Shown here piece after piece: positions 37,501 through 53,601 of a DNA stretch of 64,000 nt. Each line of letters opens with the position of its first letter. The stretch's first letter is position 1. The notes under the pieces were generated by a model. It was not told the DNA's origin, did not search any database, and was given only the letters and a program-made list of their open reading frames with translations. The position numbers and the translations under genes were made by a program. The stretch is from Auanema rhodensis. Taxonomy: Eukaryota > Animalia > Nematoda. Location of the stretch: NCBI GenBank assembly GCA_964057225.1, contig OZ059899.1, forward strand, positions 5,208,001-5,272,000, written 5' to 3'.

Positions 37501-40368
37501 AGTTCAATTGATAAATGCAGATTGCACAACAAAGGGAATGTATTGTTCACAACGATAGTTCTGAACTACCCTTGAAGCTAATTGGAGAAATGGTTGACCA
37601 GGTTAGATCATATTTATCAAATATCGTTTGTATTATATTTTCCTTAGTCTCGTGATACATTCATGCAGTTTGGTACTTTTATTCAAAATAATATCAAATC
37701 TGACGAATATATTAAACGGATGCCCTTATTACATGTCCTTATGAAAGAGTTCAATGTACCTTTAGATTCTGCAGCGTTTCTTTCTCGATGTATTTATATG
37801 CAAAAGGTAGATAAATATCAGAAGTTGATTTGAAAATAAAGAAATTATTTTTAGATAATTCATTCATATGATGAAACGAAAAAAGAAAGAAAGTTGCTTG
37901 AAACTGAAGCCAAACAGAAGTTAGATACTCAGCAGAAGGTTTTCAATTGTTTTTTTAAATTTAAATTAATTATCCAAATACGTTAGTTTTTATTCTTCAA
38001 ATCGGCTGTGGATAAAGAGGTTGAACAATTAATGGAAGATATCAAGCCTTGTATTTCTGATTATGTTTGTAATGACATTCCCATGAAGTTGGTGCGAAAT
38101 TTTAAGATAATTCAAGTGATCGTTTTCAGACTTTTCGTTGTGTTTTGGCTACTGTCCTTATATGACATTGATGTTCCATCACATGCTTATGATAAAGCTG
38201 TTGAAAATATTAGAAAAATGATAAACTCTTTAGATGATAATATGGTTTGTGGATACAAACTATTTTATTTCTATTTTGTAGTTTTTCAGGGAAAATCGAG
38301 GCGACAAAAGGAAGAGGACCGTCTAAAGTCAACGGAAAATAGATTGAAAGAAGAACAGCGAAAACAATCTGAACATGTAGAGAGAGTTCGAATGTGGTTA
38401 ACACAAGAACGTGAAAATCTCTTCGGATCTGGAAGTGAATTTTATTATATTTTCTTGATTCTTATTTTGAGTTTGTAGGAGCTCAACAAACTATTGGTTT
38501 CTTACAACGATGTATTATACCTAGAGCAATGTTCTCGGAACTTGATGCTGTGGGCATTATAATCTAAAATATTTAGCAATTTTGTAAATTTTAGGTATTC
38601 TGTGCAAAGATGGTTTTCTTATTCCATCAACAAAGAACCACATTTTTCCAAACCCTTGTATTTATTGATAAGGTTATTCAAAATACAGTATGTTGTGAAT
38701 GATTTATTTTTAGACTTTTAATGATATTTTGCCTCTAATTAGCGGATTAACTGAAAACGAAACAGCTTCATTTGGAAAGTTTTTGGAAATGATACTTAGC
38801 AAGACACTTACATGGCATGCTGATAAGTCTATTTTTGATAAGGTTTATTATTGAAACTAGACGAATACAAAAATAATTAATTTGAAGGAATGTGCTGGAT
38901 TTCCAGGATTTACAACTAAAGTTTCTGGTGATCCACAGCAGGAAGGTTCCTGCATAAAGTTTGAAGCTTTCCGTAAATTGTGCTTTAAATGGCAAGCACG
39001 ATTACTCTTAGTCTTCAATAGTGTTCTTTCAAAAGAAAAAAATGACTACATTCCCTTACGTAATGGACTGGTATTGATGAGCAAAGTGAGTTTTTAAGTT
39101 GTTTTTATTTTTCAAAATTTGGTATTAGATGGCTCCTTGTTTCCCTGTTATACGAGAACATTGCATTAAAATTGAAGAGGCTGTACTGAAGGTCCGAGAT
39201 TGGGAAAAAGGAACAAGAGATGATTTATCTTTGAAAGCTGCTAGTTACGTTAGTTGTTTGAAACGTCGAAACACTAAGATGTGGGATCGTGAAATTTTTT
39301 CTCCGGTTGATCCAGTAAGTTTAAGCATGCTTTTCCCAATTTCAATACTTGTTTACAGAAATCTAAAACATCCAAGTTGAATCCAGATGCTCAAAGAAAA
39401 CGGCAGTCAAATGTAATGAGCTCTCAAATATAACAAAATCAGTATTTTCTGGTTTAGGTACCGGCAAATGATATTAAGAAAAAAAGTGCCAAACTTGAGA
39501 AACCTGACAAGGTTTCTAAAGACCCTACCCCTGAAACAGCAAACACAGATGCCAAAAAAGAAGAGCGAACTGAAAAAGAAACTGAAGATGGAGAAGTTCC
39601 TCCTAGTCCACCTCCCAAAAAGGTTTTTTTAATTTAATATTTTGTGTCAGTTTTATATTTCAGATTCGTGTTCATTCTACTGAAGCTACTCCTCTAACTA
39701 ATGGTAAACCTAAAGAGAGAAAGAAAGAGAAAAGGAAGGACAACGATAGAGAAAAGGAAAACGTTGGAAGAGAATTAAAAGAAGAGAAAGACAAAGAGAA
39801 AGATAGAGAAAGGGAAAAGGACAAAGAAAAAGATAAAGATAAGGAAAAGGAAAAGGATAAGGAACATCGAAGGAAAAAGGAACGAGCTCTTGACGCTGAG
39901 TTTGCTGGACCAACAGTAAATATCCTTTCTTGTATGTGTGAAAAAATTTTTTAACTTTTAGCCGCCTCCTAAAAAGGAAAATTCCAAAAGAGACAGTAAA
40001 GACGATAGGAGTGAAGATGTCAGGAAGGAAGTTCGAAGAGATACCAAAAGCTCTAAACGATCCGCGCGTGAAGATGACAATAGGTTTGTGAACAATTTTG
40101 TTATTACGTTGAAACATTTTGTTATTACATTAAATTTTAGTACTGCTAAGCAACCAAAACGAGAGCCTATGGAATCAAGAAGTAAGCCTTTTATTTTATT
40201 TGCTAAAAAATATTTTTTTTTAGTTACACGAGGTTCTACTGGACAACGCTCATCATCCCCCAAAGAAGAGAAACGAGAAAGAAAAGACAGAAGAGGAGAT
40301 AAAAGGTAATTAAAGTTTTCTTCATTCAGTTTTTTATTTCTTTTTTTAGTAAATCTAATCGGAAATAA
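34580..40368 (+). CDS. thoc-2: THO complex subunit 2, multi-exon
   Basis: [76 protein letters not shown]; Lys/Glu/Arg-rich tail. Last exon approximate. Confidence 0.93.
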
Positions 40369-40863
40369 TGCACGGCTCTTATCAATTCTTAGAATTATTG
40401 TTATTCTATAAAAATAAATTTTTAATTTATGATTCAAGGTGAATAAGTATCGTGTTCATGATTTGTTAACGAATATTTACCGTAAAGGTTCAAGAAGGTC
40501 TTAAAGATTCACCTATGTGATCAAGAATCAAACCGGTTGGTTTGAATACATATATCATGGCCACGTGCCAGTCTAGATAACTGGTGTTATTTGGGAAAAG
40601 TGGAGAAACATTGGTTCGTAACTATCACTGAATTGAAATTTTGATTTCATACATGGTATTGACAAGCTTCTCCTGCCAAAATTGGAAATTAAATAATTGA
40701 ACAAAACTAATTAGTAAGTCACATAAAAACAAATGTTAAATAATAACAATATTAATATCAAGTAGATAAGTTAGAATGCCAAATCAACCAATATGCAACA
40801 TTTGAAAGCAGTTTTGAAATTTGATAGTGAGAGTTTTGGAGCATTACAAATATACAAGGAAGT

Positions 40864-43490
<2,627 letters not shown>

Positions 43491-44353
43491 GGTGCAGCTA
43501 GAATTTGAGAAAATCGGTTCTTGCGGTTCAAATAAAAGAGAAAGGGAGATAGAAAGATCGTGCAATTTTATGTATGTATATAAATGGCTTCTTCCTCCTC
43601 AAGCTAACTTGAAGAAGAAAAGCAGCTTTTAAAAACTTCTTCGTCGTCGTTTTTATAAAAAGCGAATTATGTCTTTCAGGATAACTTCGAGATATATTAA
43701 ATAATTCCATAAACATATAAAAATTCCTTGCAAATGACAAAAAACAACAACGAACAGAGAGAACGAAAAAAGTAGAAGAAAAGAACGATAGTGCAAAGTT
43801 CATAGAGCTTTAACTAATCAAGAGAGTTCAGATATGTATAAGAGTGAATCAGAAAAAGCCAAAAGAGCGATATATTGAAGAGGATAGCGCAATCGTTCTC
43901 CACTTAAACATCGAAAGAAATGACGAAGTGAAATTCACGTGAACATTACGTGGGGAGAAAGGAGAGAAGGTAGAAGAAAGGTTGCTACTAGCTATACAGA
44001 AATAGACAAAAAGCACGACTGAAAATAAAAAATATATTTAATGAAAGACAGAACGGCAACGAGATGTGTCGAATCAGTCGCTCAATCAATAGTATGAGAA
44101 GTTCGACTGTGCGAGACGACTTGACGGGAGGACAACGGACAGGTAGTCTTGCAGCAGCAGAAGACAGATCGTGATAATGATGATGAAGAACAGTGAATCA
44201 GCTTTCACAAGGATGATATTAGATATCACTGTCTAACGAGTCGAGGTTAAAGATGGTATTATTTTCTCTGCTTTTTTCTAATCAAAACTATCAGATGCTT
44301 ATGATTAAAGCCAACTCTGGCAAATGATAGTCATCAAGTTTTCACGTATTACT

Positions 44354-44357
<4 letters not shown>

Positions 44358-44411
<54 letters not shown>
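44358..44411. repeat. (TC)27 microsatellite
   Basis: Perfect dinucleotide run upstream of sma-4. Confidence 0.97.
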
Positions 44412-44414
<3 letters not shown>

Positions 44415-47068
44415 CATACGCTTCTTGTATTATCTTTGATCACTGCCACGTTAGTCGTTCAACCTCTAATTCGCTGTAGTTTTTTTAAAATGATATCAGT
44501 TATCAAGACAAGTCATAGACGTTCTTACAGATTACGGAGTGTATCAGACATCTGGTGAACTCTGAGATTCTATAGAATTTCGCAAAATCAGCTGGTCCGA
44601 TGAAAAACTCGATATTAACTATAATTTTAATTTATAGTAAAGCTGAAATGCTTAGAGTTCTTTTCTAGAGAATCATACTTTGTGTATATAATAAACTAAG
44701 TAATAAGCCGTAATACAACTTCATATAAATGAGTTGAAGCTTTCTTACAGGCAAAAGCATGATCAGAAGTAGATGGGATGAAAAATTAATACGAGCAAGT
44801 GACAGAGACAGAATGAGTACGAATCGAAACAGATCGCTGATAGGAGAACAGTTAAAGTGACATCACTAAATGGAGGAAGGGAGATAGAGAAATAGAAAGA
44901 GGAGAAGACAGAGGGAGAGAAAAATAGAGTATAAGATAGAAATGATACAGAGAGTTACAGAGAGGCGTAGACCGATTGAAGGAGTGCGAGAAGGGCGCTA
45001 CTACTAGACGGTTAACGCGATGAAAGCACTGTTTCTTCTCTGTCAACCGATGTCTAATCCATTCTTTCTTTCTCCCTTTTTCTTTCTGTCCAACGTGTGA
45101 TGATGAGCTTTCGATTAGTCTAAAAACAGGAACGGTCAACAAGAGCTATAGCATAAGATGAGGCACATGACGTTATGTTAGGTAAATTAAGATTTTGATT
45201 GTTTTTATTTCTTATACATAAGTATAAGTACATATATACATAGATATAAATATGTATTCTAAATGAATAATTCGAAAATAAAATAATTCGAGTTATATAT
45301 GTATATACGATAGAATAACAATTAATATATACTTATATACATATAATATGAATAACCAACTATTGACTATTTATTATTTAAGATGAAAGGAAATATTAAA
45401 GTGAGCTTTCTTTTTGCTCAAACACTATCATAGCCTTATCATTTTCAATGACTGACAGCTAAAATAGACGAAGCTATTAGTTGCAGATATTTTTATTAAA
45501 ACTAGATGTAACATATGATGGTCAATTTGATTCTTATAGGTTTGTATTCATCTTTTTTTATTCAGTTGGTTTCTTGATAAAAAATATTAGAAGATGATTT
45601 AAAACGTTTTTAACATTTAAAAAAATATTTAAATTAATGTAGAAAAAAGCTTTTAAAATGATGATATTTATTGAAGATTTTTTTTTCGAAATTATAATGC
45701 TGATCGTATGAAAAGGCGACAGAAACTCCCACGCATGCTATCATGATATGAACTATTATGCTTGTAATAAAATAAATATTTTCACTTAAACGCAAATATA
45801 ATGATTTCAATCAGTCGGATACAACTTGCAAAAGGAAATGTTAATTTGAACGATTATATCTATTTATACATATAGTAAAATTAAATTTAAAATGACGTTT
45901 TTTGTTTTTAAAATCTGTCACACACGCATACAGGTTGCAGCCATCAAATTCAAAATGTATAATAAATATTTGAATCTTAAAATCAACAAACTAAAAAAAA
46001 CAATTTAGAAAATCGGAAAGAGAGTAGAAATTTTTGAGGAAAATGAAGCGTCAAGTTGATGATTCAAGCCTGTTTATTCTGAGAATCACAACTGCGTGAA
46101 TGATATATTACTTGAAAATTATATGATTGAAACTGACACAGACATATGGGAAGAACGAATGATTTGGCAAAGGAAATATAATATATAGCTCAAGTTGTAA
46201 CCTTAGGTTTTTACTGTTAGACTAAGGAGGAGGTAATGATTTTGACGACGATACTCCGAATACAGCGCCAGAATGTCGCATATTGGTTCGCACAAAGGAC
46301 CTCACAAAATAGAATAACGACCCTCGTTCCAAGGGCGATTAGCGTTAAATTTTGTGAAGGTTTTCTAATTATATGCGAAATGACCGTATGGAACGCGACA
46401 GACGACTTCGACTTTGACTAACCCGGAAACTGCCAAAGCCTTTGATGTCAACAGGCCAGAACAAGAAGACGAGCTAATAAACATGAGTGAAGAATGTTTC
46501 ATAAAGTGCAAATGTGTATTTTATATTTCGAAAAAGAGAATACAATTAAATTTATATTAAAATTTTAAAAAATGAATATGATATAACAGCGAATAAGGGT
46601 AATCACCCATATAGGAAACAATGTGTGTTTAGAAAAACACAATCCCGTACGAAATGAGCATTAACTACTATATATAGTATGTATGTATATCTAATATATA
46701 TAGTATACATTTAGAAATTGAAAATAGAAATTATATCAAATCAAGAAAACAGTGAAAAGAGGTTGGAAGAGGAGATAAGTAAGACATTAGGTAGTGAATT
46801 AAACTTATTACAAACTTAAGATGACGCCTGAAAATAATACAAAAAATCAAAGATCTTGTTAACAATGCTACAAAGAATTATTAAGTTGAATTATATAATT
46901 ATTATAAAAAATATAAATATAATGATGATGATGACGATGAGAGGTAAAAGAAAACGATAGCTGATTACGATCAGTGTATTTTTCTCAAATGGACTAGAAA
47001 GAGTAATAGAATTAAAATGATAAGTCAAAAGTCAATTCTGCAACTAAATAGAACAATTATTTGATAAC

Positions 47069-48938
47069 TCAGTGAATACATTTATCACAGGAATCCATTG
47101 TCTTATCAAACTCTTCTACTTGAACTGTAGATAATGATATACCATGTTTTCGTCGAACTAAATCTCTTGCTCCACTAACAATTGATAAAGCTTTTTCACT
47201 GTTTTCTGAAAAAAAAATCTTGTTAAGATCATAGAAATAACATAAGTGAGCCATAAATGATGTTTTCTCAGTTATCAGTATATAAGCATAATTATCAAAC
47301 ACAATACTTACCTATAGCTAAATGTACAGATAGTGCAGTCTTATCCATATTAAGAGACCACATACGTAGATCATGAACAGAAAGTACACCTTCAATACCA
47401 CTCAAATCTTGCTTTATCATATTATAGTCCATATGACGTGGACTAGCTGAAAGTCAAAATTTAAAATAAACAACAAGAAGAAAGGTCAAAGGTAATTATT
47501 ACCTTCCATCAAAACGTAGAAAATATCTCGAAGAACATGTAATGTTGTAAATAAGACGATAATTGAGAATACGAATGTACAGATAGGATCAGCAATTTGC
47601 CAGTTTGTATACTGTAATGAGTAATATACATATTCGAAAAAATATTGGAAAATTCTTGCCTTAATGATAAGAGCTGAAATAAGCACTCCAATGGATTGAA
47701 TTAAATCGCCGAGCACATGAATGAAAGCAGCTCGAACATTCACGTTAGTCTCATCTCCATTTCCATGAGAATGTCTGAATGATGATGAATAACATTAACA
47801 TCAAAGAATTATTCACATACCCATGGCTTCCTCCACCGTGACTATGAGCATGACCGGCTTTTCCAACAAAAAGCACAATAGCCATGATGATATTGAATCC
47901 TACTCCAGCAGAAGCAGTAATCAACATGAACATAGGATCAACATCTAACATTTAATTAATTTATAAATTAAAATATTATTCATTATAATACCATAGTCTT
48001 TATCAATGATTCGTTGAATGGCAAGCATTACTAGAATAGCTGTTAATACCCAGAGAATAACAATGGAAATTAATGCTCCTAACACTTCAGCACGATCGTA
48101 TCCAAACGATAATTTCTTAGTCGCTAAAGAAAATCATTCAAATCAACGATAAATCATATATAAAAAAACTTTTCTTACCTGGATGTCTGGCTGTTCGAAT
48201 TGCAATAATGGAAATGATAAATGACAGCAAGTCAGACAGCATGTGGCCAGCATCAGTCATAATGGCCAAAGACGAGGCGAAATATCCACCTGAAGTTAAG
48301 TTCAGTTAAGTGAAATTAACTAAAAATGTGCTAATATGTGAATAAACCATCGATCAATAATCAAAGAACAATTAGAATTCAAGAAAAAACATACCCGTGA
48401 ATTCGGCAGCAATGAAAATAGCTGAAAGGATTGCGACCAGCCATAAAACTTTTTCGGATCGCCTACTCTGAAAAGGAAAGATGGATAAAGAAAATCATTC
48501 ATTAAGGACAATTAATTGTAAATTAGATTCTAAAACTTTGGATTACGAAAATTTTACGAAATTACGACGATGCTTGGTCTTTACCTTTTTTGTTTTTTCG
48601 TCAGGAAAATGAAAATGAGATACATCGTGATCGGACAAATCAGCTTCATGATTATGATCATGTCCGTCATTATCATGACCATGAGAATGCCCATGACCAT
48701 GACTGTACGCGGTATGGTGATGGTGCTCATGCTCATGCTCGTAATTATGATCATGGTGAACATGTTCTGGCTCATGCATATGATGATTATGATGATGAAG
48801 ATTATGCTTAAGGTTATCATCAATATTATTAATAGTAGGCTCATGATGATTGATAGAATAATTGTGGTTATCATCGTGATTATGATGATAATTATAGTCC
48901 GTTGAGGAAAAATCCATATCAATAGCTGAGGATGACAT
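47069..48938 (-). CDS. ttm-1: Cation diffusion facilitator zinc exporter, isoform with His-rich first exon (ttm-1b-like)
   Basis: SLAIMTDAGHMLSD, SFGYDRAEVLGA, HSHGG..HSHG loop, NVRAAFIHVLGD, VHDLRIWSL, TVQVE; first exon 48585-48938 encodes 118 aa with 34 His. Confidence 0.9.
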
Positions 48939-51235
48939 AACTCTTAAGAGAAAACAATGAGTTTTGTAAACGAAGAAAACGTAACGAGCGAAGAACAAGA
49001 TACTGAGTAGAGATGAGAGGGTGTATCGAGGATGGTGTTAGAAATAGAGGAGTGATAGAGATAGAAAACAGAAAGTAGAAAGAGGGATAATAGCTCGTAA
49101 ATTATAACTACAAGAGAGAAATGTGGAAAGATAAAGAGCTGCGAATGCTTTTAAGCACAATGATTCACGAAGATATCACATGGAAAAAACATATATATAT
49201 ATGATATGATATGACGCGAGCCGGAAATATTTGGAAGGAAACAATAGTCATATGAAGAAAAATGATTTTGCATTTTATTTATAAAATTTGATTAGCTATG
49301 AAATCAGATCAAGAATTTGTAGATATGAGGTTACAAATATATATAGGTCTATCATCATTTTTTAGATACCAGATTCAGATTTCTTTATTCTTTTGTCGCA
49401 CTTTGTTATCGTGATTGCTGAATACTAGCAGAGACAGCAAGCCTATTGAATGCGGAATAAAATGTGTTCATAGAAAATAAAAAAAAATAACTTGTTAAAA
49501 TACATTTGAAAATACGTAAAACACATGGAAAAAGAAGGCATAGCTTTTGAATTATCATCAGGTCTAGTTTGGCGGAAAGAAGAAGATACAGGCTAGTTGA
49601 ACAGGACAATAAGTCTAAGATGTGGCCAAGATGGAGAAGATTCTATCTGAAACTTGCGCACCAGGCTTAAACGCAGATGATGATGCTGATTTCTGATGAG
49701 AATGTCTCTCCATATAGAATAAGCCAGTTCACTACTTTAAAAAATTATACAACCAGGAACGGTCAGAAAATAAAGTAACTACCTCATATATGTTATGGAA
49801 AATATATCAAAAAAGGAATAAAAATGAAAGAAACTTTAAACTTCGAGAAGAACAATTAAAAGAGCTATTCTTTGTGTCATGAAAATGATTAATCTATCAC
49901 ACCACGGCAGTCTTTTATTGACTATCTTGCTAGATAACTCTTATCTATTTTAAAAGAATATCTCTAAAATAGAAACTACAAGATAGAAAGGTAAGTCCAG
50001 TAAGGACAGTCAATTTCCTTTTATAATTTTGCAATCGTAGAATAGTCATAGGAGATCGGAAATTACTAAGTTTTATTTGCTTACTCTTAAATGAGCGAAT
50101 GAAATTCATTAAATTAACACAAAGTCTATACTACTTAAAAGTATGTGCAAGAACTACAATCACTATTGACATGACCAGATCAGAACTAAAAGAGTAACTC
50201 TGCTTTCCTTTTGGATCAATGAAATAAAAAAATGTGCTGGATTTTAAAAAAAGGTGAAAACATTGCATAAAAAATTTATTTCAATTCCGCTACAACGTAG
50301 AAAGAAGACTGACAGAAACAGGTTCAGAATAAAAGAAAATTTCTTATTTTTGAGAACATCGTCTGTAGTTGAAAAGTTTTCATAATTTAGCCATTGAGTG
50401 TCAGGGCCTTAAAAGACCATTAGATCAGGGAAACCAAAAAAGTCGATGGTAAAGACTGCGTTATCATGCTCAACAGGTTGTTTTAAGTATTTCACCTCTT
50501 ATGTTTTCGTAATAAAAACATGTACTGAAAAAATAGTCGAGATGGTACAAGATACAACTTTAAACTTTGTAAAAGTTACGAATGTACATTTAAACATTAA
50601 ATTAATAGCTTGTATTCTTGAAATTAAAACATGAAATAGAGTTTGTACTCTAATGATAGTAAATAGTTTCTAAACCGGGTTTCGATGCTAGTGAAAAAAT
50701 CTAATTAATTTTTGAAAAAAAAGAAATTGAATCAGATCCACACTCTATTCAATATTATCTGATTTATATTGAAATCAATGGTCAATTAATAATGTATCAG
50801 TGTGATATCACAAGGTTCGGGATGCTTTCAAAGAAAATTTGGGAGAAGTGTGGGGCAAAGTGTGCCAAACAAGTTTTTAAGGTATCGCTCCTTTATGTTT
50901 CATTTTGCATCATAGTTGAATTGCTACATGTCAAGAAAGTATTTTAAAAGAATACAGGGAAATGATAAAACGACATGGCAAGAAGATATATATGAAACAT
51001 GAACAAAAGACCTTTTGAAAATCAAATTGTCCTTTTTAAGTAGATATCTCGTAAATGATAAAAAGTTTTAATATTTAAAAAAAAATTGAATATAACTCAC
51101 TTGATATGATTCAGAATCATTGAAGCTATCGTGGCAATGACCAAAAGGGCGTTCCTCATCTGCTCCGTTTTGTAAATGCTCATTTTCAATTAAAATACTT
51201 GAGTCATTATGATCAGCAAGAAACGCATGATTCAT
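47069..51235 (-). CDS. ttm-1: ttm-1 alternative isoform using distal first exon 51101-51235 (ttm-1a-like)
   Basis: TTACAG acceptor, ATG, 45 codons MNHAFLADH...FGHCHDSFNDSESYQ, GTGAGT donor in phase 0, compatible with the shared exon SRRSEKVLW. Confidence 0.75.
49931..50192. promoter_or_regulatory. Candidate high-zinc-activation (HZA)-like elements with adjacent GATA sites
   Basis: AATAGAAACTACAAG (49968-49982), TGCAAGAACTACAAT (50146-50160), GATCAGAACTAAAAG (50178-50192); AGATAA/TTATCT at about 49932-49946; 1.0-1.25 kb upstream of the His-rich ttm-1 exon. Confidence 0.55.
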
Positions 51236-51702
51236 GGCCAACTCTGTAAAAACATTTCCCGGATATGTAACTTGAGAAAGATATAAAGTAAGCGAGAAAA
51301 AAAATTGTTATGAAAGAACATCAGTAATAATGCCGATAACACTAGTTCTAGGCAGCAAAGTAAAATGAATAGAAAGATCGATATTTCTTAACGGTAAAGA
51401 ATTTTTGATAGCACTTCACAGATTGAACGAACGGGGATGATATGGATGCAGCCTTGTTACAAAGAAACAATAAATTAGAGAAGAGAAGAGATCGATAATG
51501 TCTGGGACTGTAATTATTCAGCCACCCCAACAAGCAAAATCCACATAAAAAATAAAAAATTTATTGATATGTCGATAAAAATCTGCACATCGCCTAACCT
51601 TACAACAATAGCGGGTCTACACCGGATATAAATGCTAAAATTTGTATTATTATGGGTGACTAGTACACCTGAACACAACATTGTGGAATTAGATTTTGGA
51701 AT

Positions 51703-53400
51703 CTACTGGGACAAGCAGGCATCAACAGGATAGTGCTGCTTATAATCATTAAGATGTTGATCCAGTTCGTTTCGCTGACGCTTCAGTTTTTCTGGGAGAT
51801 CCCTAAAAAGCGTAAAATGGTTCAAAAATAGAAATAGCGGAACGTACTGATAAACTGATTCGAACATATCGTGATAGTGGGCAAGCTTTGTCTTCTCGGC
51901 ATCGTTAAAAGCAGTTAAAATGCGTTTTCTGGACTGAAAAACGAAATTCAATATAAGGTAATTACAGAAAAAAAAGTACATCTTTTTGCCAATCTTTTTC
52001 CATCTCATCATTCCACCATCCGCGTTCAGTGATGTAGTGCTTGAAACGATTAATGGGATGATCCTTATCCCCCCATTCTTGAACTTCCTCTGCGGTTCTA
52101 AATGTCTCTCGTGAAAGAAATAAGTTTCTGAAAATATAACCAACCTGTAGGCAGTAGAATCATCACTAGTGGAGTGGTGACCTAATCTGTAAGTCATAGC
52201 CTCGATTAAGACCGGTTTGTTTTGAAGAGCCAGCTTTCTAGCCTCAGAGACAGCGTTATAGACAGCCAAGACATCATTTCCATCAACTCTGAAAATCTAT
52301 AAACGCATATACTGTGAAACTACATACCTGATGGTGTGAAGCCCATAACCAGGTCCTTTTCCAGCAATTCCATCCCCAGCATATTGTTCACTAGTGGGAG
52401 TAGAAATAGCGTATCCATTGTTACGACAGAAGAAGATAATAGGACAATCCTGAAAACATTAAGAGTATAACTCTAAAAGAATCCCAATTTCAAACCAAAG
52501 TCCCAGCGAAATTAAATGCAGCATGGGCATCTCCCTCTGAAGCAGCTCCATCCCCAAAATAGACACAAACTACTCTATCATTATTTGGTTGACGTTTGAA
52601 AGCATAGGCAGATCCTACGGCCTGTGGTAATTGAGTGGTCAATGGACTAGAAATAGTGACAAAGTTATGTTCACTGGAACCATAATGGACAGGCATTTGG
52701 CGTCCTTTTCCTTAATTAGAAAAAAACAGAGAAATGAACAAATGTAGTTTGTTGAAGTACCGATATCTTTGCTATTTCCGTAGCATTGATGCATAAATTG
52801 CTCTAATGGGAATCCTCTCCACATAAGAACCCCAGCTTCTCTGTATTGACCATATACTAGATCGCTATCCTTAAGAGCAGCGGCGGATCCTACATGATTT
52901 CCCTGGAGATTGATATATGATTGTAATCCCATTATATTTTATACTTCTTCTCCAGAATTGGTCATATAAAAGGAAATTCTTCCTTGTCTTTGAGAGTCGT
53001 ATAAGATTCTGTCCATAATATTAAGTTGTGTCATGGCACGGTAGATTTTGAGCGAAGTCTCCTAATAAACTAAAATGAATATTAAAAACTAAGAACTCAT
53101 CTACCTTATCGAATTTAGGGTCATGATCATTATTAATAACGTTTCCTTCAGCATCTGTAACTCTGTAGATAGGAAATGCTGGAATAGTCGAAGAATCAAC
53201 TATCTTAAGTTCCTCGGTGAAAGCAGCCTAAATATACTTAATAACCACGAAGAAAAATAATATTTGAACGCAACCTTTCTGTAACCTAGGTACTTGGCAC
53301 TGTATTCGGATAAGCGAAATTCATCCGCAGAAGATGTTAGACATCTTTTGGAAATACGAGAGGACATCCGTCCAACAGGAGCTAACACACGAGATAGCAT
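51703..53400 (-). CDS. bckd-1A: Branched-chain alpha-keto acid dehydrogenase E1 alpha subunit, multi-exon
   Basis: [46 protein letters not shown] (TPP-binding), [16 protein letters not shown]. Confidence 0.96.
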
Positions 53401-53601
53401 ACTCTACAGAAGTAATAAGCAATTGACTTATCAAATGATCTCAGATATCAGTGGAAAAAAACCAAATGCGAAAAAAAGAAATAAGAGAGGTAGTCCCGTC
53501 ATGTTTAATAAGTTCTAAAAAAATTAACAACAAGTCAACAAATATCGCTACAATCTATAAATTTTGAAATCACAAAATAAAATATATATTATTTTATAAA
53601 A

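Noticed and set aside
39705-39885. Purine-rich repetitive stretch and antisense Phe/Leu-rich ORFs
   Set aside because: Low-complexity KEKDKEK coding tail of THOC2.
46224-46421. Shine-Dalgarno-like AAGGAGGAGG before a 61-aa ORF, suggesting a bacterial insert
   Set aside because: Single short ORF with no recognisable product and no other prokaryotic features; likely chance.
48570-48922. Several overlapping Met/Ile-rich ORFs on both strands
   Set aside because: Shadows of the CAT-rich His codons in the ttm-1 exon; not independent genes.
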